From Marinilabiliales bacterium (GTDB lineage: Bacteria; Bacteroidota; Bacteroidia; Bacteroidales; SZUA-534), in NCBI GenBank assembly GCA_003512955.1, contig DOTG01000028.1:122275-186274 (forward strand): 64,000 nt of DNA. The letters run 5' to 3'. Both the position numbers and the translations under genes were made by a program. Below are positions 48,618 to 56,760 of the stretch, piece after piece. How positions within the stretch are numbered: position 1 is the first letter of the stretch; every line of letters begins with the position of its first letter. The notes below the pieces were generated by a model. It did no database searches and was not told the origin of the DNA. It saw only the letters and a program-made list of their open reading frames with translations.

Positions 48618-48815
48618 TACTAGTGTTATGTTAATATAGTAATGTCGGAAGTTCAGAAATTATATTCCCCCATCGCCTATTACTTGGGGGCACCACGCCA
48701 TGGCGTGGACTAGACCGCTCAAACGGAGCAGGTTCTCCCTTGGGGGAGAAACCCGAAGGGAGAGGGGGAAAATGCAATATTTATCCGCCAATTTAAATAT
48801 AACACAACAATAGTA
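48618..48815. other. GC-rich structured intergenic island flanked by AT-rich inverted arms (candidate ncRNA or MITE)
   Basis: Closing pair TTCCCCC (48665-48671) / GGGGGAA (48764-48770). Perfect 16-nt palindrome CCACGCCATGGCGTGG (48693-48708). Hairpin TTCTCCC-TTGG-GGGAGAA (48733-48750). Outer arms TACTAGTGTTATGTTAATAT (48618-48637) / ATATAACACAACAATAGTA (48797-48815). No ORF. Confidence 0.35.
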
Positions 48816-48938
48816 TCAAGTCAAATATAAAAGGCGGGTACTATTCACCCGGTGACTTTTTTATTTAGCATTATGCCTAATATTCACGCCCGGAATCACC
48901 GGGTGAATTGATGCAAACGCATGCTTGACTTGACACTA
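48811..48938. repeat. composite palindromic element (AGTCAYCGGWTGAAT family), copy 3
   Basis: Outer arms TAGTATCAAGTCAA (48811-48824) / TTGACTTGACACTA (48925-48938). Core motifs ATTCACCCGGTGACT (48843-48857) and hairpin ATTCACGCCCGG-AATC-ACCGGGTGAAT (48882-48908). Confidence 0.7.
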
Positions 48939-49051
48939 GCCATTCTTTATCGATATGTATAATCCATCTACATTTTACAGCTTCCATGAATACCTATAGA
49001 ATGTATCTGTAAAAATAATGTATTTTAGTCTTTTCATTTAATTTAACACAC

Positions 49052-49762
49052 ATGAATATTATAATAACAGGTGCAAGCCGTGGAATTGGGTATGAACTGG
49101 TAAAACTGGCGGCCCAAAAGGTCGGCGATAAAGTAATCATCATCTCACGAAACAAAAATAAAATTGAAACCCTGACCCGGGAATGCCGGCAGATACAACC
49201 CTACACCCAGGTAATTCCCATTGCTTTTGATCTGGCAGCACTTGCCAATTATGAACAACTGGGTAAGCTCATCGCCCAGGAATGCGGAACAGTGGACTTG
49301 TTGATAAACAATGCAGGTTTTTTGGTAGCCAAACCCTTTACGGAACTGACTCACCAGGAAGTGGAACAAATGTACCGTGTCAACGTGATGGGTCCATTGG
49401 CATTGATTCAAACCTGCATGCCGATGCTTTTGAAATCGGAAAAATCGCATGTGGTGAATATCAGCAGCATGGGTGGGTTCCAGGGTAGCGTAAAGTTTCC
49501 CGGGTTGGCGGCTTACGCATCGAGCAAGGCGGCTTTAGTGGGCTTAACCGAATGTTTGGCCGAAGAATTCAAAGACAGCCGGGTATCATTCAATTGCTTA
49601 GCCCTGGGTGCTGTTGGTACCGAAATGTTGGCCGAAGCTTTTCCAGGATACATAGCCCCAACCTCAGCCAGTGAAATGGCTTCATTTATCTGGAAATTTG
49701 CCCGAGAAGGCCATCAATATTTTAACGGTAAAATTATCCCCGTGTCAAAATCAACACCCTAA
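49052..49762 (+). CDS. SDR family oxidoreductase
   Basis: TGASRGIG cofactor motif, NNAG, and catalytic S...YASSKAA (YxxxK). Confidence 0.9.
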   Translation: MNIIITGASRGIGYELVKLAAQKVGDKVIIISRNKNKIETLTRECRQIQPYTQVIPIAFDLAALANYEQLGKLIAQECGTVDLLINNAGFLVAKPFTELTHQEVEQMYRVNVMGPLALIQTCMPMLLKSEKSHVVNISSMGGFQGSVKFPGLAAYASSKAALVGLTECLAEEFKDSRVSFNCLALGAVGTEMLAEAFPGYIAPTSASEMASFIWKFAREGHQYFNGKIIPVSKSTP

Positions 49763-49799
49763 ATGATTTGAACTATCTTCAAATTAAAGAATCGGACAG

Positions 49800-50876
49800 T
49801 TAAGTATATTCCCTTAATTCCACTTCGCCCCGTAAAACCAAAAGGGCATTCATGGCCAGTGACGACATTTCGTCTTCGCCCGGATAAACGAACACCGGAG
49901 CAATAAATCCCACCATATTCCGGATATAACTGATAATCTCTTTATTATTAGCTACTCCGCCAGTGATCAAAATTCCATGAACTTCGCCATAAAGGACGGT
50001 GGCCATTTCGCCTATCGCTTTCCCAATCTGGTAGGCCATGGCATCCTGCAAAAGCTTAGCTTTTTCGTCGCCGTTTTTTGCTTTTACCTCAATCTCGTAT
50101 GAGGAGTTGGTTCCAAAATAGGCCATAAGCCCTCCTTTGCCGGTAAGCATTTTTTTTACCTCATCGTACGAATATTTTCCACTGTAACACAACCGTACCA
50201 ATTGGCCTGCCGGAAGGCTTCCTGCCCGCTCGGGTGAGAAAGGGCCATCGCCGTCCAAAGCATTATTCACATCAATTACTTTTCCACGGTAATGTGCCCC
50301 TACAGAAATTCCGCCTCCTAAATGCGCAACAATTAAATTGAGCTCTTCATATTTGGTATCGCGGCTCTTGGCAAACTGACGGGCAATGGCTTTTTGATTC
50401 AGGGCATGGAAAATTGAAACCCTTTCAAATTCCGGGTGGCCCGAAATCCGGGCTACGTCCTGCAATTCGTCAACCACCACTGGATTTGCAATCAGGGCCT
50501 TCACATCTGGAATTGACTGAGCAATATTAAAAGCAATCAATCCCCCCAGGTTACTGGCATGTTCGCCCATGATTCCTTTTTCAAGGTCTTCTTTCATGCG
50601 TTTATTTACCTGATAGGCCCCCCCCTGAACCGGTTTTATCAACCCGCCGCGGCCAATCACCACATTTATCTGGGAAACATCAATATCGGCATGGGCCAGT
50701 TCTTTTAAAATGACCTCTTTTCGGAACTCAAATTGATCGGTTATCTTTTTAAATCCCTCCAGTTCTTCGGTTGCATGCCGGATGGTTTTCAAAAAAACGG
50801 ATTTATCGTTATGGTAAACGGCAATTTTAGTAGATGTGGAACCGGGATTGATGGCAAGTATTTTAATTTTATCCAT
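49800..50876 (-). CDS. buk: butyrate kinase
   Basis: ILAINPGSTSTKIAVY N-terminus, ASKHA-fold motifs, HLGGGISVGAH, ILITGGVANN. Sits downstream of ptb. Confidence 0.93.
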   Translation of the reverse strand: MDKIKILAINPGSTSTKIAVYHNDKSVFLKTIRHATEELEGFKKITDQFEFRKEVILKELAHADIDVSQINVVIGRGGLIKPVQGGAYQVNKRMKEDLEKGIMGEHASNLGGLIAFNIAQSIPDVKALIANPVVVDELQDVARISGHPEFERVSIFHALNQKAIARQFAKSRDTKYEELNLIVAHLGGGISVGAHYRGKVIDVNNALDGDGPFSPERAGSLPAGQLVRLCYSGKYSYDEVKKMLTGKGGLMAYFGTNSSYEIEVKAKNGDEKAKLLQDAMAYQIGKAIGEMATVLYGEVHGILITGGVANNKEIISYIRNMVGFIAPVFVYPGEDEMSSLAMNALLVLRGEVELREYT

Positions 50877-51008
50877 AGATTATTTTTTGTGCAAAGTTCT
50901 GAATATCCGAATGATGTACCAATTGTTTTTGTGTTCTATACAACATTTTAGGCTTGTTTTAAAACACCTAAACTATTGGTAATTTTGAATTTACATTTTA
51001 TTAAAATG

Positions 51009-51920
51009 TTATTTTGTCAAAGCCAGCATGGCACACAGGGCAATTGAATTTAGTTTTGTTTGAGTAGAATCCCCGCGCGAAGACAATACACATGGGACTT
51101 TAGCTCCTGCAACAAAAGCCCCCATCTCCGCTTTGCTCATTTTGGAATTCATTTTATAGAAAACATTCGCTGCATCAAGGTTGGGAAACAACAAACAGTC
51201 AGCATCTCCGGCTACAGCACTTGTGATGCCTTTAGTCTGGGCCGACTCCATATCAATACTAGCATCCAGCGATAAAGGTCCATCAATAATGGCTCCTTTG
51301 ATTTGCCCACGATCGCCCATTTTTGCAATGATGCTGGCATCTACCGATGACTGCATGTTTGGAAGTACCTGTTCCGAAGCTGAGACCACGGCCAATTTGG
51401 GTTTTTCAATTCCCAACGAAATGGCTGTTTGTATCAGGTAATTGGCAATCGCAATTTTTTGGCTGAGATCGGGTTCGGGGATTATGGCCACATCGCCCAC
51501 CACTAAGAGTTTGTGGTAATAGGCATTTTCAACAACGGTTACATGGCTTAACACCGCCTTTGGGGGCAACAAACCAAACTCCTTGTTTAAAATGGCACGC
51601 ATGTATTTATCGGTAGATAATAATCCTTTCATCAGGATGTCGCCTTTTCCGTCGTTTATCAGTTTCACGGAGATTTCACCGGCCTGAGAATCTGACTTGC
51701 AATCAATCAGTTGAAATTTGCCCGCATCAATACCCTCCGCATGGCAAACTTTTTTAATCCCGGTAACATCGCCTACCAAAGTCCCTTCAACAATTCCCAG
51801 ATCAATGGCTTGACTGACTGCACCAATGGTATGCGAATCGTTGGCCCAAACGGCTACCAACCGTTTTTTTTCGGCTCCCCGCAGTACCTCATACATTTGT
51901 TCAAGTTTAGTAATATTCAT
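51009..51920 (-). CDS. ptb: phosphate butyryltransferase
   Basis: 303-aa PTA_PTB family protein (DSHTIGAVSQA..., MKGLLSTDKYMRAIL, LFPNLDAANVFYK) directly upstream of buk. Confidence 0.88.
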   Translation of the reverse strand: MNITKLEQMYEVLRGAEKKRLVAVWANDSHTIGAVSQAIDLGIVEGTLVGDVTGIKKVCHAEGIDAGKFQLIDCKSDSQAGEISVKLINDGKGDILMKGLLSTDKYMRAILNKEFGLLPPKAVLSHVTVVENAYYHKLLVVGDVAIIPEPDLSQKIAIANYLIQTAISLGIEKPKLAVVSASEQVLPNMQSSVDASIIAKMGDRGQIKGAIIDGPLSLDASIDMESAQTKGITSAVAGDADCLLFPNLDAANVFYKMNSKMSKAEMGAFVAGAKVPCVLSSRGDSTQTKLNSIALCAMLALTK

Positions 51921-52005
51921 TTCAATAATTTATTGCGTTTATTTATGGATGCAAAACTAATGCTTGTATTTTATATATATACCGTGTTTTACAGCACGGT
52001 GCACT

Positions 52006-52036
52006 AAAAAGGCTGCTTCCTTAAATGAAACAGCCT
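52006..52036 (-). terminator. terminator of the AT-rich islet lipoprotein gene
   Basis: AGGCTG (52010-52015) / CAGCCT (52031-52036) with a T-run downstream on the minus strand. A second hairpin ACCGTG/CACGGT lies at 51981-52000. Confidence 0.55.
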
Positions 52037-52082
52037 CTTTAAAAACTTAAGTCAAATTTTTAAGTAAAAAATATAATATCAA

Positions 52083-53303
52083 TTATTTGCTGTCGGTAAA
52101 TTTTTCCAATGAATACACATACTTTCCCCAATTATCGTAACTGTTTTTTATTACCACATAAAGTGTATTGTTATCATATTCAATAAACGTAGGGACTCCT
52201 AATAAGCTAATTTCATTGATTTTAGTCAAATTAGGCAATTGAAATTGATATATTTTATTTGATTCGTCAGAACTACAATAAACTGAATTGTTCGAAAAGG
52301 TATAATCGTTACATTCATTATAATTTGAAATATTATAAATAGTGCCAATTTGATTCAGATTGTCATCAAATATATTTCCTTGAGCTCCTCTCACAATATA
52401 TGACTCAGCAATATTTGTTTTTAATATTAATTCATTTGAATAATTATAATTAGTTTGATCAATAAAAGAAATTTGACCATTTGTACTTAATGAATATCTA
52501 TAAATATAAGAGTAATCACTTGTCAGTATTTGATTTTTAGAACTCAAAAACAGTAATTTAACATTTTGTCCTGCATATAAACTTGAGACTTTTTGTTTAG
52601 TGCCTCGATCATATACAGTTATATAATAGTAATCTGTAACTATCAGATGGCCATTATCATCTGAAGTTAATCCATATAATGAATTTTCAAAAACAATCTC
52701 ATCTTTTTTAGTGAGATCAATGGGGTTGTATATTAGAAGTCTGTTTCCTGATAAAATGTAAAGTTCTTTTACCCCATTATAATCGAATAAATAAATATTA
52801 TTGATTCCTTGATTTATGGATTGAAGAAGTAAACTCTTTTTTGAAACATAGTTTACCTTTTCAATTGTTGAATAATTGGCAACATAAATTATATCTTCTT
52901 CAGGCCACCAGCAAGCATAAGTGGGTGAAACATTAAAATTGAATATATCAGGGTTGTTTAATTCAACAATATTGGAGGTACTAATATGATATTCATTATA
53001 TTGTACTAATACCCTAAAGTAAACCGTCATATATTGCCCAAATTTAGGCCAAGTATATTCAGTGGTTTGATAATCATCAATATTTATAAGTGAAGTCCAA
53101 TAATTTTTATCAATTGACCACTGAACACTATACTGACTAAAACTTTCAACCTGTAATAACGACCAATTAAGTTTTATATCGTTTTCGGTACTTGAAATAC
53201 TGAGTTTTAATTGTTTGCTTAAATGAATTGAATCACTATTATCCTCGCAGGAATTTAAAACAATGAGTAAAAGAAAGCTAAATAAGATATTTTTCATATA
53301 CAA
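52083..53303 (-). CDS. hypothetical lipoprotein (FN3-like N-terminal domain plus Asn/Tyr/Ile-rich repeat region), in AT-rich islet
   Basis: Lipobox LIVLNSC. 406 aa. Strongly AT-biased codons. No recognisable catalytic motif. Confidence 0.6.
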   Translation of the reverse strand: MYMKNILFSFLLLIVLNSCEDNSDSIHLSKQLKLSISSTENDIKLNWSLLQVESFSQYSVQWSIDKNYWTSLINIDDYQTTEYTWPKFGQYMTVYFRVLVQYNEYHISTSNIVELNNPDIFNFNVSPTYACWWPEEDIIYVANYSTIEKVNYVSKKSLLLQSINQGINNIYLFDYNGVKELYILSGNRLLIYNPIDLTKKDEIVFENSLYGLTSDDNGHLIVTDYYYITVYDRGTKQKVSSLYAGQNVKLLFLSSKNQILTSDYSYIYRYSLSTNGQISFIDQTNYNYSNELILKTNIAESYIVRGAQGNIFDDNLNQIGTIYNISNYNECNDYTFSNNSVYCSSDESNKIYQFQLPNLTKINEISLLGVPTFIEYDNNTLYVVIKNSYDNWGKYVYSLEKFTDSK

Positions 53304-53392
53304 TTAAATAAGTTTAAGCAAATTAAACAATAAAAATTTTTTTTTTAAAGAAAAAAAACACTTAATTCGAAAACAATTTTAAGAAAACAGAT

Positions 53393-54175
53393 ATGAAATA
53401 TTTTATTATTACAGCAGTACTTTTCATTAGTTGCTTCGTAATGAATGCACAGGTTAACACAGGTGATACATTAAAGAATAAGCATGGTATTCCTATATTA
53501 CCTACTAAAGGTAGTTATGGGCTGGGAATAGATGCAACACCATTTTTAATGTATTTAGGTAACTTTTTTAACAAAGACCACAACTATACGCCTACATTTG
53601 GTAGCGTATATAGTCCGGTAACCATTTCAGGTAAGTATTTTTTTGAGGATAAAACAGCTTTAATTGCCCGTTTTAGCATTGGATATTCCCATAAAGCCGA
53701 ATATAGTGGGAGTGTTGATGAAACTCAACAAGACAAGTTGACTAATACAGCACTTAGTATGGGATTACTTGCTGGTATTGAAAAATACATAGGAACTAAT
53801 AGTAGGATAAGAGGAAATTATGGTGCTTTTATTGCTTTACAGAAATCTCCGTATGTAACAATAGATAATTGGGGCAACACATATTATGAAGGAAAAATTG
53901 AATATGAAGACGGTACTAGTTCCGTAAATGATTATACCATAGATGGAGGAAGTTCATTGGGTATTGGATTAGGCGCAAAAATAGGTGTGGAATATTTTTT
54001 CACCCCCAAAATGTCATTGGGAGGTGACTTATATTTAATAGGAATCTATAATAATCAAAGTGCAAGGATTAAAAGCATTTCTGGGCAGAGTGATATTTCC
54101 ATTGAAGGGAAATCAAATTCATTAGAGATTTCTACAGAAGGAAGTGGATTAATTACGTTGCATTTTTATTTCTAA
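53393..54175 (+). CDS. outer-membrane beta-barrel protein, in AT-rich islet
   Basis: Signal peptide, Gly/Tyr-rich alternating strands, C-terminal ITLHFYF. Confidence 0.6.
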   Translation: MKYFIITAVLFISCFVMNAQVNTGDTLKNKHGIPILPTKGSYGLGIDATPFLMYLGNFFNKDHNYTPTFGSVYSPVTISGKYFFEDKTALIARFSIGYSHKAEYSGSVDETQQDKLTNTALSMGLLAGIEKYIGTNSRIRGNYGAFIALQKSPYVTIDNWGNTYYEGKIEYEDGTSSVNDYTIDGGSSLGIGLGAKIGVEYFFTPKMSLGGDLYLIGIYNNQSARIKSISGQSDISIEGKSNSLEISTEGSGLITLHFYF

Positions 54176-54246
54176 AATTGAATTAACTCTTTCCACGACT
54201 CGACTTATGAATAAATCAAGTTAAACATCATCCGCAATTAATAAAA

Positions 54247-54278
54247 AGGCTATTGAATTAAAATCAATAGCCTTTTTT
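54247..54278 (+). terminator. rho-independent terminator
   Basis: AGGCTATTGA (54247-54256) / TCAATAGCCT (54264-54273) followed by a T-run. Confidence 0.85.
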
Positions 54279-54293
54279 AGTTAAGCACGCAAC

Positions 54294-54317
54294 AAAAAAC
54301 CCCGCTTTTGGCGGGGT
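54294..54317 (-). terminator. terminator of ackA
   Basis: ACCCCGC (54299-54305) / GCGGGGT (54311-54317). The A6 on the plus strand reads as T6 downstream on the minus strand. Confidence 0.85.
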
Positions 54318-54337
54318 TTCGGTATATGAATCCGGTA

Positions 54338-55558
54338 TTACTTTTGTTGACCAAGAATCACCCGCATGGTATCGGTTGCAATCACCTTTTCCTCGTTGGT
54401 AGGTATAATCGCTACTTTTACACGAGAATCGGGTGTACTCAGAAGAGTAGCTTTTCCGCGGACACCGCTATTAATTTCCCTATCAATTTTAACCCCAAGG
54501 AATTCCATTTCGTTGCATATTTCTTCACGGGTTTCAGGGCCATTTTCGCCGACACCCCCGGTAAAGATTAATGCATCAATTCCGCCAATTTCTGCAGCAA
54601 ACGCGCCAATATACCTTTTTACCCTCAGGTGGTACATGCTTAAAGCCAAAATGGCCCGTTCATTTTTATTGTTCCAGGCTTCATTCTCAACATCGCGCAT
54701 ATCGGACGAAATGCCTGAAATACCCAATATACCGCTCCTTTTATTTATCAAATCGTTGATTCCTTTTAAATCAAGATTCTCTTTTTCCATCAAATATAAT
54801 AAAGCACCTGCATCGAGGTTACCCACGCGGGTCCCCATTATAAGGCCTTCAACCGGGGTAAAGCCCATGGAGGTATCGAACGATTTCCCGTTTTTGATGG
54901 CAGCAATGGATGCCCCATTACCCAAATGGCAAGTGATGAGTTTTGAATTATTGAAATCCAATCCTAAAAACTCGCAGGCTTTTTCAGCCACGTATTTATG
55001 GCTGGTTCCGTGGAAACCATACCTGCGCACTTTATGTTTAGTGTAGTATTCATAAGGGATGGCATACAAAAAAGATTCCGGTGGCATGGATTGGTGGAAC
55101 GAGGTATCGAACACAGCCACTTGTGGAACATTCGGGAGCAAACGCTCCATGGACTCGATGCCTGCAAGGTGGGCCGGGTTATGCAATGGAGCCAGATCGC
55201 TTAATTTCCCGATGCGCTGTTTTACCTGTTCATCAATCATCACGCTTTTGGTAAAAAACTCACCTCCATGTGCCACACGGTGACCTACAGCCTGAATGTC
55301 GTTTACATCTTCAATAACACCATGCGCCCTGCTGGTCAAAGCTTCCAAAATGAAATTGATGCCAACTTCATGATTTTGAATTTCTTCAGTAAATTTATAC
55401 TTGCCTCCACCCTCGGGTTTGTGGGTTAAAATACCATCGGGTAACCCAATCCGTTCAACCACTCCAACTGCTTTAACTGCTGGTTCGTCCATATTGGCCA
55501 TATCAAGTAATTGATATTTTATCGACGAACTTCCGCAGTTCAGAACTAATACAATCAT
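54338..55558 (-). CDS. ackA: acetate kinase
   Basis: MIVLVLNCGSSSIKYQL N-terminus, HRVAHGG, FDTSFHQSMP, RRYGFHGTSH, TCHLGNGASI, FTGGVGENG. Confidence 0.97.
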   Translation of the reverse strand: MIVLVLNCGSSSIKYQLLDMANMDEPAVKAVGVVERIGLPDGILTHKPEGGGKYKFTEEIQNHEVGINFILEALTSRAHGVIEDVNDIQAVGHRVAHGGEFFTKSVMIDEQVKQRIGKLSDLAPLHNPAHLAGIESMERLLPNVPQVAVFDTSFHQSMPPESFLYAIPYEYYTKHKVRRYGFHGTSHKYVAEKACEFLGLDFNNSKLITCHLGNGASIAAIKNGKSFDTSMGFTPVEGLIMGTRVGNLDAGALLYLMEKENLDLKGINDLINKRSGILGISGISSDMRDVENEAWNNKNERAILALSMYHLRVKRYIGAFAAEIGGIDALIFTGGVGENGPETREEICNEMEFLGVKIDREINSGVRGKATLLSTPDSRVKVAIIPTNEEKVIATDTMRVILGQQK

Positions 55559-55588
55559 TTTTACTTTTAATTAATTATTATAGGATTA

Positions 55589-56590
55589 TTATTTTGCGGC
55601 CGCTTGATTACAGGTAATTGCCACCAAGCTGACAATATCATCAACCGAACACCCCCGGGAAAGATCATTAATGGGTGCTGCCATTCCCTGCAACACAGGA
55701 CCAACAGCTTCGGCTCCGGCCAATCGCTGAACCAGTTTATAGGCAATATTTCCGGTTTCCAATGTCGGGAAAACCAACACATTGGCATGACCGGCAATCT
55801 CACTACCTTTAGCTTTGCTTGCCCCAATGGCAGGAACAATAGCTGCATCAGCCTGAAGTTCGCCATCAATTTTCATGTCGGGAGCCATCTTTTTTGCTAT
55901 TTCGGTGGCTTTAACTACTTTATCCACCATTTCATGTTTGGCCGAACCTTTGGTTGAAAAGCTCAACATGGCTATCTTTGGCTCAATTCCGGCAATGGCC
56001 CGTGTGGTTTTACCTGTCTCTACAGCTATTTCGGCCAATTCTTCGGCAGTGGGGTTTGGATGAACGGCACAGTCGGCAAAAACCATCAAACCGTTTTCGC
56101 CATAGCTTTTATCTTTCATAATCATTAAAAAGGCTCCTGAAACCACACTGATTCCCGGTTTGGTTTTAACAATCTGGAAAGCTGGCCGTAATACGTCGCC
56201 AGTGGCATTAGCTGCTCCGGCCACTTCACCATCGGCATCCCCCATTTTTACTATCATTACTGCCAGATACAATGGATCTTCTAAAAGCTTTGTAGCCTCA
56301 TCGCGGCTAAGTCCTTTACTTTTGCGCAGCTCAACCAGTTTATCGATGTATAAATCTTTTTTTGCATGGTTTTTTGGATCAACAACCTGAGCCTTTGAAA
56401 TGTGCTGCAAACCAAATTTTGTGGCCAATTGTTCAATCTCTTGTCTGTTGCCTATTAAAGCAATTTTTGCAATTCCCTCGGCCAAAACAATATCGGCTGC
56501 TTTGATGGTACGTTCTTCGGTACCTTCGGGCAATACAATGGTTTTATGGTATTGTTTTGCCTTTTCTTTAATTTTAGTTATTAAATCCAT
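55589..56590 (-). CDS. pta: phosphate acetyltransferase
   Basis: 333-aa PTA_PTB family protein (IVLPEGTEERTIKAA, FADCAVHPNPTAEELAEIA, SFSTKGSAKH, VFPTLETGNIAYK) immediately upstream of ackA. Confidence 0.93.
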   Translation of the reverse strand: MDLITKIKEKAKQYHKTIVLPEGTEERTIKAADIVLAEGIAKIALIGNRQEIEQLATKFGLQHISKAQVVDPKNHAKKDLYIDKLVELRKSKGLSRDEATKLLEDPLYLAVMIVKMGDADGEVAGAANATGDVLRPAFQIVKTKPGISVVSGAFLMIMKDKSYGENGLMVFADCAVHPNPTAEELAEIAVETGKTTRAIAGIEPKIAMLSFSTKGSAKHEMVDKVVKATEIAKKMAPDMKIDGELQADAAIVPAIGASKAKGSEIAGHANVLVFPTLETGNIAYKLVQRLAGAEAVGPVLQGMAAPINDLSRGCSVDDIVSLVAITCNQAAAK

Positions 56591-56760
56591 TGTGAATCAG
56601 ATATTTAAGAAATGATTGCTTTGAATTGCAAAAATACTTCTTTTTATAAAAATCAATTATCCTAGACTGTTTTTTATTATAGAAAAAAACATGTTGCACA
56701 ATGATATTTTAGTGAAAGCCGGATTTTTTTGTTAGGAACCTATTAGAATGGTCTAAAGCT

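Noticed and set aside
48661-48781. GC-rich island considered as tRNA, tmRNA, RNase P RNA, SRP RNA or a riboswitch
   Set aside because: - About 105-120 nt with three hairpins does not fit a tRNA cloverleaf.
- It lacks the tmRNA and RNase P conserved cores and their length.
- It lacks the SRP GGAA/AGCA motif and obvious TPP, cobalamin or SAM cores.

It is kept only as an unclassified structured element.
54366-55046. 226-aa ORF on the plus strand, plus smaller ones at 54571-55283
   Set aside because: They are antisense to ackA, which matches acetate kinase end to end. These are open antisense frames within a real coding region.
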